The position numbers were made by a program, and so were the translations under genes. A DNA stretch of 64,000 bases from an uncultured Chloroflexia bacterium. Its GTDB lineage: Bacteria > Chloroflexota > Limnocylindria > Limnocylindrales > CSP1-4. The notes under the pieces are model-generated. The model did not search any database and had not been told where the DNA came from. It saw only the letters and a list, made by a program, of their open reading frames with translations. Shown here piece after piece: positions 30,907 to 41,522 of this stretch (position 1 is its first letter; every line of letters starts with the position of its first letter). Location: positions 160,001 to 224,000 of the forward strand of contig CAVVNQ010000008.1 of assembly GCA_963749705.1 (NCBI GenBank), in the 5' to 3' direction.

Positions 30907-32957
30907 CAGACCGGGCTTGCCCTTCGGGCGCGCCGCTCGCGCCGGGAGCGCCGGGCGCCACCCGCGATCGCTCCGAGGAGCAGGAGCACGGTCGCGGCGA
31001 GGGCGATCAGGAACAGCATCCGGCGGCGGCCTTCCTGCCAGGCGCCGCTCCACGCGGTGATGGCGGCGTTGGATGCGGTCAACGTCGCGTCGAGGTCCCC
31101 GCGCCCGAATGCCGCGCGCGCGGCTGCGAGGTCGACATCGGGGTGGGCGTCCAACAGGCCGACCTGGGTCAGGATGTCCGGATCGGCAGGGCGTGCCGCG
31201 GTCGCCCCCTCGATCGAGAGCAGGGCATTGAGCTCATCCTGGGCCTCGGTTGAGGCATCGGTCAGCGACCCGCGCTCGAACGCGCGCTGCATCACGTCGG
31301 GCGGCGTCAGGTCGTCCAGGGCGGCCCGCTTCTCGAGCGCGGCACGCTGCGCCAGCACCGTGCGCGCATCCGCCATCAGCCCCTCGGCGACGTCGAACTG
31401 CCAGGCGCGCAGGGCGTCTCGGATCGCCTTCGGCAACGCCCATCCGTCCGCGACTGCGAGCGTTCGGTGATAGGACGTGATCGCCGAGGCGCGTGCATCG
31501 AGCAGCGACAGCTCGTCGGGGCGCACCACCCACGTCCGCCACAGGTCCGTGAAATCCTTGCCCGTCTCCGCCTCGAGCAGGTCGAGCAGACCACGCCAGT
31601 CGGGCGGCCCGGGGCTCGCCTCGGGGGCGGCTGCCCCGGCGGGTGCCGTCTCGCCGGCACCGGCCGGGGGCTGGTAGGCACCGGTCCCGGCCGCGACGTC
31701 GACCCACACGCGCCGCAGCGCCTCGTCGCCGGCGCGGTCCGCGATCGCCCGGGCGAGCTCGAGCGACGCCGCGTAGCCGTAGGCCTCGACCGCGGGATCG
31801 CTGGTCGCCGACGTCGGGCTCCAGGCGTTGAGCGGGATGCTTGCGGCCGCGATCTTGTCGGTCATCACGGGCGAGGTGTCCTTGGTGCCGACCGCCGCTG
31901 CCGTCCGCGACGCATACAGCGAGGCAAAGCCCTCGTTCGCCCAGCGGTCCGCGAGCAGGGTGCCGTTGAACCACCCATGAGCCGCCTCGTGGATGATCAC
32001 CAGGTCGGCCGCCCAGTAGGCGATCTCGATCCGGCTCTCGCTCGGGTCGTACAGGCCCGCGTAGCCCCCGCTGGTGCGGCTCTCGGCCTCCTGGACGGCG
32101 ACCGGGTCCGTATGCGGCCACGGCAGCCCGATCTCGGCAGCGAGCTCGGGCAGGCTGTTCGACAGCACGCCGCCCACCTTGTCCGCCCAGGTCGGGTCAT
32201 CGGCCCACGCGCGCATGGTGAGCGCGATGGGCTGGCCGGCCGCGTTGATCGTCAGCGGCGTGTCCGCGTAGGTGGCATCGCGCTGGCCGGTGACGTACGC
32301 GAAGAACGTGAGCGGCTCGGCGATGGGCCTGGTCGTGAGGCTGGTGCCGCCGGTGTCGGTTGTCCGGGTGTCGTCGAACGCCCCCGTGTCCACGGTGACC
32401 GTGTAGCCGGGAGGAAACAGCACCGTGACCGTGCTGCCCTTCGCCCCGTCGCTGGCGAACGCCCAGACCGGGAACGAGGCAAGCACGCCCCCGATCCTGA
32501 CCTGGGCATCGGGTGACCCGGCGGCATCCTTGACATCGAAGGTCAGCGTGAACGTCTGCGTCTTGCCGCTGTACAGCCTCGCCCCGAAGTCGATCCGCAG
32601 CATCGTGTATGTCGCGTCGCGCTTGGTGACATGGACCGCCGCTCCCTTGGCGCCGGACAGCTTGACGTTCGAGATCCCGGGCAGGACCGCCAGGTTCGCG
32701 CGCTCGAAGTAGTACCGGTGCGTCTTGGTCTCGGCCTTGTTGTTGCGGGCCGTGATCTTGACCGCGACGTGCACCAGCCGGCTCTCGGGCTGCAGCTCGT
32801 ACGTCGCGTCGGTGACCAGGGTGAGGTCGGTCGCCGCTGCCCGCGCGACCGGCGCCGGCGCAAGCCCGATGGCGGGGGCCAGGAGCCCGACCACGATCAC
32901 CGTCGCGATCGCCGCCAGGATCCGCGACATCCCGCGCCCCCGCGCGACCCCCGTCAT
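30906..32957 (-). CDS. Membrane-anchored gluzincin (MA/M1-like) metallopeptidase, paralog 1
   Basis: Signal peptide; 'GYAGLY'; HEAAH...WANEG; C-terminal TM plus Arg tail; TGATG overlap with the downstream paralog. Confidence 0.78.
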   Translation of the reverse strand: MTGVARGRGMSRILAAIATVIVVGLLAPAIGLAPAPVARAAATDLTLVTDATYELQPESRLVHVAVKITARNNKAETKTHRYYFERANLAVLPGISNVKLSGAKGAAVHVTKRDATYTMLRIDFGARLYSGKTQTFTLTFDVKDAAGSPDAQVRIGGVLASFPVWAFASDGAKGSTVTVLFPPGYTVTVDTGAFDDTRTTDTGGTSLTTRPIAEPLTFFAYVTGQRDATYADTPLTINAAGQPIALTMRAWADDPTWADKVGGVLSNSLPELAAEIGLPWPHTDPVAVQEAESRTSGGYAGLYDPSESRIEIAYWAADLVIIHEAAHGWFNGTLLADRWANEGFASLYASRTAAAVGTKDTSPVMTDKIAAASIPLNAWSPTSATSDPAVEAYGYAASLELARAIADRAGDEALRRVWVDVAAGTGAYQPPAGAGETAPAGAAAPEASPGPPDWRGLLDLLEAETGKDFTDLWRTWVVRPDELSLLDARASAITSYHRTLAVADGWALPKAIRDALRAWQFDVAEGLMADARTVLAQRAALEKRAALDDLTPPDVMQRAFERGSLTDASTEAQDELNALLSIEGATAARPADPDILTQVGLLDAHPDVDLAAARAAFGRGDLDATLTASNAAITAWSGAWQEGRRRMLFLIALAATVLLLLGAIAGGARRSRRERRARRASPV

Positions 32958-33595
32958 GCCGGTGTCCCGGCGGCGTGCGTCCCGGCGGTGCCCGTCCCGG
33001 CGGCGTCGGTCCGGGCGGAATCCGCCCCGGCCGAGTCGCGCGGAGCCGGCTCGGTGTCCATCGGCCCGGGATCCACCAGCTCGCGGACCGCATCCCCGTA
33101 GCGTTCGAGGACGGTGCGACCCGGCCCCGGACCGGCTGCGGCGACGGGCTCGGCCGGCCAGCCGCCGGCCTTGAGCCATTCGACCGACTCCGCGTGGAAG
33201 CGGTCCGCGACGGCGAGCTGGCGCGCGATCGCCCGGCCCAGTGCGTCCCGGTCCACGGTCTCGATCGGGAGCTCGGCGACGAGCAGTGGCCGCTCGTCCT
33301 CGCCGATCGAGAACTTGACGAAGGGCAGCTCGTCGTTCCAGCGCAGCAGCTTGCGATACGACCGCCGGAACCCGTCGTTGATCGGCGGCGCGTAGTGCGC
33401 CCAGCAGATGAGCGCCAGCGCCGGGTCGAGGATCAGCGTGATCCGGAGCGCGGCGCGCCGACGCCCATCGAGGACCAGGTCCCAGGACGTGATTCCCTCG
33501 CGATCGGCGCGCTCCAGGGGCGCAAGACCGAGGTCGGCGAGCCAGCCCTCGACATCGGCCGGCCCACACGCCGACGCCCGGGGGGCGGTGGACAT
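32954..33595 (-). CDS. YbjN / T3SS-chaperone-fold protein
   Basis: 'YRKLLRWNDELPFVKFSIGEDERPLLVAELP' pattern typical of the YbjN fold; TAGACT lies 7 nt before the ATG. Confidence 0.65.
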   Translation of the reverse strand: MSTAPRASACGPADVEGWLADLGLAPLERADREGITSWDLVLDGRRRAALRITLILDPALALICWAHYAPPINDGFRRSYRKLLRWNDELPFVKFSIGEDERPLLVAELPIETVDRDALGRAIARQLAVADRFHAESVEWLKAGGWPAEPVAAAGPGPGRTVLERYGDAVRELVDPGPMDTEPAPRDSAGADSARTDAAGTGTAGTHAAGTPA

Positions 33596-33661
33596 GGCGG
33601 GGAGTCTACCGGAGGTCGCCGCAGCGCCCGGAGATCGTTCGATGCGAGCGGCGAAGGGCGA

Positions 33662-34996
33662 CTACTCCACGGCTGCCGAGGCGCGCCCGCCGGGCGCGAC
33701 GGGTTCGGCCGCGCTGGCGGTGGCTCGCCGGGCGGTGGCGGGCTTGCGATCGACCGTGCCGCCCGATCGGACCGTCCGGGTCGTGAAATCGCCCGAGCGA
33801 ACCTTCTCCCCGACCTTCACGTTGCGGCCCAGGCGCGTGCCCCGCGGCACCACCGACTGCTTGCCCACGACGGTGATCCCGGTGTTCAACCGGCCGGGCT
33901 CGGCCTTGTTGGGCGTGTCGAAGTCGGGCCCGTCGCCGATGATCGCGCCCTGGCCGATGACCACCTCCTTGTCCAGGATGGCCCGGTCGACGACGGCGCC
34001 GGAACGGATGACCGAGTCGAACATCACGATCGAGTCGCGGACCACGGCACCGACGTCGACCCGGACACCCGGGGAGAGCACGCTGTTGACGACGGTCCCG
34101 TTGATCACGCAGCCGTGCGAGATCAGGCTCCGGTGCACCTGCGCCGTGGACCCGATCTTGGCCGGCGCGCGCTCCTCGGACCGGGTGTGGATCAGCCATT
34201 CGCGGTCGTACAGGTCGAGCTCGGGCGTGTCCGCGAGCAGGGCCATGTTGGCCTCCCAGAACGACTGGATCGTGCCCACGTCCTGCCAGTAGCCGTCGAA
34301 CCGGTAGCCGAACACGCGCGCGCCGCCCTCGAGCATGGCCGGGATCACGTTCGTGCCGAAGTCCGTCAGGTCGTCGGACAGCCAGCGGCGCAGCGCGCGC
34401 TTGGAGAACACGTACACGCCCATCGACGCAAGGTCGCTCCTGGGCTGCTTGGGCTTCTCCTGCCAGTCGATCACGCGGTTCTGCTCGTCGAGCGCGAGGA
34501 TGCCCATCCGGGTTGCCTCGGCCAGCGGCACGCGGCGGACCGCGAGGGTCACGTCGGCGCGGTGCCGGCGGTGTGCCGCCAGGAACGGCGTGTAGTCCAT
34601 CTTGTAGATGTGGTCGCCCGACAGGATCAGGACGGCGTCGCCGGCCTCGCGTTCGACCACGTTGAAGTTCTGGAGCACCGCGTCAGCGGTGCCGCGATAC
34701 CACTCCGCGACCCGGCCCCGCCGGATGTACGGCTGGAGCAGCTTGACGCCACCCCTGGCCCGGTCGAGGTCCCACGGCCGCCCGAGCCCGATGTGGTCGT
34801 TGAGCGAGTGCGGGTTGTACTGGGTCAGGACCAGCACGTCGTCGACGCCGGAGTTGACGCAGTTGGACAGGGTGAAGTCGATGATCCGGTACTTTCCGCC
34901 GAACGGGACCGCGGGCTTGGCCCGCACCGACGACAGGATCGACAGGCGCTCGCCCTCACCGCCGGCGAGGATGAGCGCGATCACGGGCTTCACCAT
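33662..34996 (-). CDS. glgC: Glucose-1-phosphate adenylyltransferase
   Basis: 'LAGGEGERL', '[22 protein letters not shown]', 'WYRGTADAV', '[11 protein letters not shown]', 'YWQDVGT'. Confidence 0.96.
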   Translation of the reverse strand: MVKPVIALILAGGEGERLSILSSVRAKPAVPFGGKYRIIDFTLSNCVNSGVDDVLVLTQYNPHSLNDHIGLGRPWDLDRARGGVKLLQPYIRRGRVAEWYRGTADAVLQNFNVVEREAGDAVLILSGDHIYKMDYTPFLAAHRRHRADVTLAVRRVPLAEATRMGILALDEQNRVIDWQEKPKQPRSDLASMGVYVFSKRALRRWLSDDLTDFGTNVIPAMLEGGARVFGYRFDGYWQDVGTIQSFWEANMALLADTPELDLYDREWLIHTRSEERAPAKIGSTAQVHRSLISHGCVINGTVVNSVLSPGVRVDVGAVVRDSIVMFDSVIRSGAVVDRAILDKEVVIGQGAIIGDGPDFDTPNKAEPGRLNTGITVVGKQSVVPRGTRLGRNVKVGEKVRSGDFTTRTVRSGGTVDRKPATARRATASAAEPVAPGGRASAAVE

Positions 34997-35138
34997 CCGT
35001 CGTTCCTCCGGGAGGGGGACCTTCCAGCCGCGATGCTAGCACCGGGGTCGGTCGCGGAATCATCGGGGACCGCGGTGTGCCGTGGCGTCCACGGGCCATG
35101 GGTCACCGCCGTTGACGACGGGTGAGGCGTCGTGCCGG

Positions 35139-36497
35139 TCAGACGAACAGCCGGGGGTTGGCGAAGTTGCCGTTGAGCTCGACCATCCAGTGCAGGTGCG
35201 CGCCGGTCGAGTGACCCGTGTTGCCCTCGTAGCCGATGACCTCGCCCTTGCTCACGACCTGACCGGCCCTGACCGGGTAGCGCGACTGCAGGTGGGCATA
35301 CCAGGTGGTCAGGTTCGAGGCGTGGGCGATGATGACGATCCAGGCGGGGTCGGCGCCGTCCGCGTAGTTCCAGCCGATGTACACCACGCGCCCGGCGGCG
35401 GAGGCGCGGACGGGCGTGCCGTAGGCGGCGACGATGTCGATCCCGTTGTGGTAATGCGAGCAGCTGCCGTACGCGGGCTCCCACGAGAACCCGGTGCAGC
35501 CGAAGTCCTGGGTGACCGTTCCGGACATGGGCCAGATCAGCGTCCCGTTGTACTGCGACGGGATGTTCCCATGGCTGAACTGGGCGGCGACCAGCTGGTC
35601 GATCTTCTTCTGCAGCTTCTTCTTCGCCGACTCGGCGCTGGCCATCGCCTTCTTGAGCTTGGCGGCGTCGGCGCTCATCCTCGCGTAATCCGCCTTCTGC
35701 GCGGCGAGATAGGCCTTGACGGCCTTCTCGAGCTTGGCGAGCTTCGCCTGCGTCTTCTTGAGCTCCGCCAGCTTCAGCTCGAGCTCATCCTTCTGGACCC
35801 CGGCCTCCTGGCTCAGCTCGGTCGTCGCGGCCTGCGTCTGCTCCACGGTCTGGTGGAGCGACAGCAGCGTCTCCCGATCCGTCGCGATCTGCGCTGCGAG
35901 GAGGCGAGCCTGGTCCGCGGCGTCGAGCTGCGCGCTCATCTCGGCGAGCATGTCCGTGAACGACGCCCCGGACAGGAGCGTCTCGAGCATCGACGTCCGC
36001 TCGGCTTCGTAGGCCTGCCGGATCCGCTCGGCCAGCTCGGCCTTGCGGGCGCCGAGCTCCTCCTTCTTCTGCGCCTCCTGCGCCTCGATCCTCTGGAGCT
36101 CCTGGGTGAGGGACTCGAGCTGGCTATCGAGCGCCTCGATCGTCTTCTTGACGGCGGCCACGTCAGCCGCCATCGCATCGACCTGCTTGCGGGTCGCCGC
36201 GAGGTCCTCGGTGATGCCGTTCAGCTTCGTCTTGGTCTGGGCGATCTGCCCCTGGAGCCGCGCCTGCGACGCGTTGAGGCTCGCGATCAGCTTCTTCTGG
36301 TCGCTGATCTTCCTGGCCAGGGCCGCCTGCTGCGCCTGGGCATCGGCCAGGTCGTCGGCAGCCACACGGGTGGGGGTCACCGCCGGTGCGGCGATCATGC
36401 CGAGGACGAACGGGATCGTCAGCAGGGCGAGGAGGAAGCGGCGGCGGCGGTCATGTCCGGACCGCGGGAAGTGCTGCGCGACCTTGTGGCGTGTCAA
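35139..36497 (-). CDS. Coiled-coil plus M23 peptidase (EnvC/NlpD-like murein hydrolase or activator)
   Basis: Signal peptide, long coiled coil, 'HNGIDI', 'YAHL', 'GNTGHSTGAHLH' with Zn ligands intact. Confidence 0.9.
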   Translation of the reverse strand: MTRHKVAQHFPRSGHDRRRRFLLALLTIPFVLGMIAAPAVTPTRVAADDLADAQAQQAALARKISDQKKLIASLNASQARLQGQIAQTKTKLNGITEDLAATRKQVDAMAADVAAVKKTIEALDSQLESLTQELQRIEAQEAQKKEELGARKAELAERIRQAYEAERTSMLETLLSGASFTDMLAEMSAQLDAADQARLLAAQIATDRETLLSLHQTVEQTQAATTELSQEAGVQKDELELKLAELKKTQAKLAKLEKAVKAYLAAQKADYARMSADAAKLKKAMASAESAKKKLQKKIDQLVAAQFSHGNIPSQYNGTLIWPMSGTVTQDFGCTGFSWEPAYGSCSHYHNGIDIVAAYGTPVRASAAGRVVYIGWNYADGADPAWIVIIAHASNLTTWYAHLQSRYPVRAGQVVSKGEVIGYEGNTGHSTGAHLHWMVELNGNFANPRLFV

Positions 36498-37057
36498 CGA
36501 GAAGGCGTCCTCATCTCGCGCGAGCGGTCACGCCATCGCATTGGCCTGAATGGCGCGACCCTTCGCCGGACCTGGCGCCGTCCGAGTGGGCACTCCCGAG
36601 ACGACCTCTGCCGGTTTCCAGCGCAGTGTACCAGCGGCCCGCAACGTATCGGCGGCATTACATTCCCGCTGACGCCCGCGGGAGCTCCCGTTCCGTCGGC
36701 CGCCGCGGCTCGCGTTCCGTGCCCGGCTCGAGCTCCGGTTCCGTCGCCCACCGCCACGCGCGGTGCTAGAGGCCCAGGGGCGCCTATCTGCTGTCAGGCA
36801 CCGCGGTGACCGGTGCTAGACCGACCCGGCGTTGATCGGAGCCGCATCGGCCGACTTTCGCGTGCGTGACCGACAGCTGGCGCGTGGCAAAAGGGTGGCA
36901 GGAACCAGGACAACACCACGCTCGGCGGTATGTGGCAGAAAGTGCGGACGGGCGACAGTCCGGCGGGCGAACCGGGCGCGAGGGTACGGCCGGGCGAAAC
37001 GGTACGGCCGGCTGGCGACGCCCGGGCCGGCGACGGTCCGGCGTTCAGGTCACGACC

Positions 37058-37696
37058 CTAGCGGATGACCAGGATCGCCCACATCGCGCCGAAGATCAGG
37101 AACGGCCCGAACGGGATGTACGTCTTGAGGGTGATCCGCCGCGCGACGAGCAGGACGATGATCACGACGCCGGCCAGCAGCGCCCCGTAGACGACGCCCG
37201 AGAACATCCGGAACGGTCCCGTCAGCAGGCCGACCGACACCAGCAGCTTCAGGTCCCCCATGCCGATCGCGCCCTCGCCGAACGGGATGGCGACGACCGC
37301 CAGCGCCAGCGGAACCGCAATCGCAACGGCGATCGCGAGCGGGAGGTCGCCGACCGTCACCAGCGGATCGAGCCCGAGCAGCACGAACCCCAGCGCCAGC
37401 GGGATCGCGGGAAGGGTGATGACGTCCGGCAGCAGCCGCTGGTCGAGATCGGTGGCGAGGAGCAGCACCAGGGCGACGAGGTATGCGCCGAAGACCAGGC
37501 TCGATGCCGGCTCCTCGAACCGGGCCGCGAGCGCGCCGAGGGCGAGCGCCCCGGTGACCGTCCCGACCACGGTCCGCCAGTCGATCGGCCTGACGCTGCC
37601 GTCGTCGTGCGCGGGCCAGCGAGCGCCGATCCGGTCCGCGGCAAATCCCCAGCCCGCGCCGAGGACCGCCAGAACCGCCGCGAGGGGTGTGATCAC
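37058..37696 (-). CDS. A24 prepilin peptidase-like protein
   Basis: 'TDLDQRLLPD', 'IGMGDLKL', 'IPFGPFL'; TAGACT lies 7 nt before the GTG. Confidence 0.85.
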   Translation of the reverse strand: MITPLAAVLAVLGAGWGFAADRIGARWPAHDDGSVRPIDWRTVVGTVTGALALGALAARFEEPASSLVFGAYLVALVLLLATDLDQRLLPDVITLPAIPLALGFVLLGLDPLVTVGDLPLAIAVAIAVPLALAVVAIPFGEGAIGMGDLKLLVSVGLLTGPFRMFSGVVYGALLAGVVIIVLLVARRITLKTYIPFGPFLIFGAMWAILVIR

Positions 37697-37753
37697 GGAG
37701 CGGAGTCTATCGGGCCGGGATGCACGGCTGGACGCCATCGCCCCCGGCGCAGG

Positions 37754-39265
37754 TCAGCTCCCGGCGGCCCCCGACAGCGCGAGCTCGACCAGCGTGGCGT
37801 GGGTCACGCCCGTGGCGCCGCGCGCGGCGTACGGGTAGGCCTTGCGGAAGTAGGCGCTGCCGCCGATGTCGAGATGGGCCCACGGCACGGTTCGGAACTG
37901 CTCCAGGAACAGCCCGCTCTTGACGAGCGAGCCGTCGCTGGTGCCGGTGTTCTCGAAGTCCGCATACCAGCTGGCCATCTCGGGCATGTAGTCCTTGACC
38001 AGCGGGATCCGCCAGTACCGCTCGCCCGCGCGTGCGGCCGCGGCCGACACGTCATCCCACCAGGGATCCGGCGTCGCGAACACGCCGGTCACGAGGTTGC
38101 CGATCGCGCGTCCGACGGCGCCCGTCAACGTGGCCACGTCGACGATGTGCGTCGCGCCCAGCTGCTCGGCGTAGGTCATCGCGTCGGCCAGGATCAGTCG
38201 TCCCTCGGCGTCGGTGTTGATGATGTCGACCCATTTGCCGTTGAGGGCCTTGACGATGTCGCCGGGGCGCGAGGCATGCCCGCCGGGCATGTTCTCGACC
38301 GCGGGCGCAACGGCGAGCAGCGGCATCCCGGGCGCGAGCCGCGAGGCCGTGGCGATGGCCGCGATCACGGTGCACGCACCGGTCTTGTCCATCTTCATCT
38401 CTTCCATCCCGCCGGACGGCTTGATGCTGATGCCACCGGAGTCGAAGCACACGCCCTTACCGACCAGCGCGAGATGGCGGTCGAGCTTGTCCCTGGCACC
38501 CTCCGCACCCGAGCGCATCACGATCATCCGCGGCGGGTTGTCGCTGCCCTTGCCGACCGCGAGGAACAGGTTCATGCCCATCTCGGCGGCGCGCTTCTCA
38601 TCGATGACGTCGATCCACAGGCCGTGGGCTTCGGCGATCGCGCGCGCCTCCTCGGCGAGGACCTCCGGCGAGACGTCGTTCGCGGACCGGTTGGCGAGCC
38701 GACGGGCGATGTTGGCGCCATCCCCGATGATCTGGCCCCGCTCGGCCGATCGGGTGACCGTCGCGGCGTCCGCGCCGGGCGCGATCAGCACGAGCTCGTC
38801 CAGCTGCGGCGGCGCCTCATCGGAGTCCAGGCGGTAGATCGTCTTGGGATCGAAGGTCCCCTCGACGACGCCCCGGGCCACGAGCTCGGCGGCCAGCGGC
38901 ATCCCGCCGTCGAGGTGGTCGGCGAGCGGCGACAGCCAGACGGCCATCGTGGTGGCCTCGCGATCGATCAACCGGCGAATCGCCGTCGCGCCCATCCGGC
39001 GGGCGGTCTCACGGTCGAGGACCAGCGCGTCGCCCGTGGCCACCATCAGGACATGTCGGACCGGGAGGTCACCGGAGGCCGCGAGGGTCTTCGGGTACCG
39101 GCGCCCGCGCAGCTCGCCGAAGGTGGCCAGCGCCCGAAGCTCGCCACCGGTTCGACGGTCGAGCACGTCGAGATCCCCGGTGAAGTCGGGGTCGCCGACC
39201 ACGGGGATGACGAGGAGGTCGGCAGCGACCTCCCACGGCTGGTCGGTGACGACGCGGATCTGCAC
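37754..39265 (-). CDS. pepA: Leucyl aminopeptidase (M17)
   Basis: 'VGKGVCFDSGGISIK', 'MKMDKTG', 'NTDAEGRLILAD', 'ATLTGA', 'WAHLDIGG'; GGAGG RBS. Confidence 0.93.
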   Translation of the reverse strand: MQIRVVTDQPWEVAADLLVIPVVGDPDFTGDLDVLDRRTGGELRALATFGELRGRRYPKTLAASGDLPVRHVLMVATGDALVLDRETARRMGATAIRRLIDREATTMAVWLSPLADHLDGGMPLAAELVARGVVEGTFDPKTIYRLDSDEAPPQLDELVLIAPGADAATVTRSAERGQIIGDGANIARRLANRSANDVSPEVLAEEARAIAEAHGLWIDVIDEKRAAEMGMNLFLAVGKGSDNPPRMIVMRSGAEGARDKLDRHLALVGKGVCFDSGGISIKPSGGMEEMKMDKTGACTVIAAIATASRLAPGMPLLAVAPAVENMPGGHASRPGDIVKALNGKWVDIINTDAEGRLILADAMTYAEQLGATHIVDVATLTGAVGRAIGNLVTGVFATPDPWWDDVSAAAARAGERYWRIPLVKDYMPEMASWYADFENTGTSDGSLVKSGLFLEQFRTVPWAHLDIGGSAYFRKAYPYAARGATGVTHATLVELALSGAAGS

Positions 39266-39441
39266 GGGAGAACGTCCTCCAGGAACACCACGAGCGGCTG
39301 CGATCGGCCGGCGTCGTGGCGAATGGCAACGCGGGATGTTGCCAAGAGTGTAGTCGGGGCGATGGTCGGGATGCCGCGCGCCGGGACCGCGTCCGGCCGG
39401 GGACGGCGGCAACGCGATCGGCCGCGCAGACGGAACGAGGA

Positions 39442-40416
39442 TCAGCCCGGCAGCTCCGGCCCCTGCTGGAGGCGATGCTGCGCGTTGAGCGCGGCGTTGA
39501 GCGAGCCGCGTGCCTGCTCGATCGAGATCACGGCCTGGTTGAGCCCGCCTCGAGCGACGTCGGACATGATCAGCACCAGCCCCCGGTTGTCGGCAGGCAG
39601 GTCGGCGAGCGCCGCCTCCTCGGCGGTGAACGCCGCGCGGATCGCGTCGGTGATCCGCCCCTTGGAGTCGAGCAGGTCCTGGTACAGCGTCCGGAGCGCG
39701 GCATCGTAGGCGTCCAGCCGGCGCAGCCACTCGTCGAGCGTCGACACGTCGGTCGTTGCGGCCAGGCGATCGCGAAGCGATCTCACCCGGGCCATGGTGG
39801 CGTCGGAGCCGTCGAGCTCCTTGAGCGCGGCGGCATAGTGCGCGGCCGATCCCTGCCTGGCGGCAGCCGCGGTCTGCTGGTCGTGCTCGGAGAGCAGCCC
39901 GAACAGGCTCGCGGCGTCGTTGGCGCGACCGGTGAACGCCGCCCAGTCGGCCGCGAGCCCGATGGTGAGCAGGCGCGTGGAGCCGAGCTCGTCGAACCGC
40001 TCGCGGAGATCCGCCGACAGGCGCAGGGCCGCGCCGCTGCCGGTTCCGGGCACCTCGGCGAGGCTCGCATCGAGCGCCCTGGACTGGGCATCGACCGCAC
40101 CGAGCTCGGCCGTCCCGGTGGCGATCGTGTCGTGGAGCGAATCGAGCTGGCCCGCGATCACCTGGGCCAGGGCCAGCCGGGCGGTCGTGCCGAGCGTCTC
40201 GACCCTGGTGGTGAGTCGCTCGAGCTCCGTGGTGGCCGCGTCGAGCGCCGGACGCGCGGCCTCATCGCCCGCCCAGGTCAGCTCCGCCCGGCTCGGGGTG
40301 CCGGGGACGTGGTCCATCGCGGCCACCAGGCCGGCGCCGCCGAGCGCGACGAGGATCGCGAGCAGGAGCCACACGAGGCGGACGACGAACCCTCGAGCGG
40401 CATGGACAACGGTCAC
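39442..40416 (-). CDS. Hypothetical membrane-anchored helical protein
   Basis: N-terminal TM, Ala/Leu-rich helical body; TACCCT lies 7 nt before the GTG. Confidence 0.7.
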   Translation of the reverse strand: MTVVHAARGFVVRLVWLLLAILVALGGAGLVAAMDHVPGTPSRAELTWAGDEAARPALDAATTELERLTTRVETLGTTARLALAQVIAGQLDSLHDTIATGTAELGAVDAQSRALDASLAEVPGTGSGAALRLSADLRERFDELGSTRLLTIGLAADWAAFTGRANDAASLFGLLSEHDQQTAAAARQGSAAHYAAALKELDGSDATMARVRSLRDRLAATTDVSTLDEWLRRLDAYDAALRTLYQDLLDSKGRITDAIRAAFTAEEAALADLPADNRGLVLIMSDVARGGLNQAVISIEQARGSLNAALNAQHRLQQGPELPG

Positions 40417-40574
40417 GTGGCGGAGGGTAGCGGGTCGGTGCGGCCGGCGTCACCGGCGTCACCCGTCTGCGCGGGCTCGCCGCGTAACGCCCGCGCGGGG
40501 CGCTCGCCCGGGACGCCCGCGGGGCGCTCACCCGGTAGCGCCCGCGGGGCGCCGGCCCGCGAGCGACGACGAGA

Positions 40575-41522
40575 TCAGCTCGCGTCGGGCTCCTGATCGC
40601 GGACCCTTCGTCGCAGGTGGGTGAGGCCGCCCTCCATCGGACGCGGCTCGAAGCCGAACGCGGTCCGGACGCCGTCCAGCGCGCCCACGTTGTCATATTT
40701 GAGCTGGCGCAGCTGGTCGGTGGCCACGGGGAACGGCAGCCGGATCGCCTCGGCCGCGGCGGCAACCAGGCGGATCAATGCGACGGGCACCGGCACCAGC
40801 AGCCGCCGCTTGCCCATGCCGCGCAGCACCTCCTCCATCAGCTCCCGGTAGGTCCACACCCGCGGTCCCCCGAGCTCGTACTCGTGGCCGATCGTCCGGT
40901 CGTCCGCAAACGTGAGGACGGTCGCACGCGCGAGGTCCTCGATCGCCAGCGGCTGGAACCGCGCCTCGCCCGTGCCCGTGATGGGCACGATCCCTGGGGA
41001 CATGCGCACGAGGCCGGCGAGGATGTTGAAGAACCCGTCGCGCGGCCCGAACAGGAGCGACGGGCTGAGGATGGTCCAGTCGAGCCCGCTCTCGCGGACC
41101 AGCGCCATCGCCCTGGCCTTCGAGCTCGCGTAGTGAAGCTGTGGCTCGTCGACGACCCCCAGGGCGCCGAGGTGGACGAACCTGCGAATGCCCGCGTTCC
41201 CGGCCGCGACGAGGACGTTGCGCGTGCCCTCGGTGTTGACCAGGCGCAGGCTCGCACCGCCGTCCCAGTCGCGCGGGAGCGCGGCGAGATGGAGCACGGC
41301 GTCGGCGCCGGCGATCGCCGAGGCAAGGGTGTCGGGTGCCGTGACGTCACCCGCGCGGGTTTCGATGCGGGCTTGCCGGGCGGGACCGAGGCGACGGGTC
41401 ACCTCGTCCGCGGCATCGTCGTCGCGTACGAGCCCCAGGACGTCATGACCGGCATCGATCAGGGCCGGCACAAGGTGGCTGCCGACGAAGCCGTTGGCGC
41501 CGGTGACGAAGATGGTCGACAT
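40575..41522 (-). CDS. NAD(P)-dependent epimerase/dehydratase (NDUFA9-like SDR)
   Basis: 'VTGANGFVGS', YASSK (YxxxK), 'FQPLAIEDLA'. Confidence 0.9.
   Translation of the reverse strand: MSTIFVTGANGFVGSHLVPALIDAGHDVLGLVRDDDAADEVTRRLGPARQARIETRAGDVTAPDTLASAIAGADAVLHLAALPRDWDGGASLRLVNTEGTRNVLVAAGNAGIRRFVHLGALGVVDEPQLHYASSKARAMALVRESGLDWTILSPSLLFGPRDGFFNILAGLVRMSPGIVPITGTGEARFQPLAIEDLARATVLTFADDRTIGHEYELGGPRVWTYRELMEEVLRGMGKRRLLVPVPVALIRLVAAAAEAIRLPFPVATDQLRQLKYDNVGALDGVRTAFGFEPRPMEGGLTHLRRRVRDQEPDAS

Noticed and set aside
36498-36640. c-di-AMP (ydaO) or c-di-GMP riboswitch before M23; GGAAACCGG shared with the CAP gene upstream region
   Set aside because: Consensus elements not found in the correct orientation; a 9-bp match is too short to be significant
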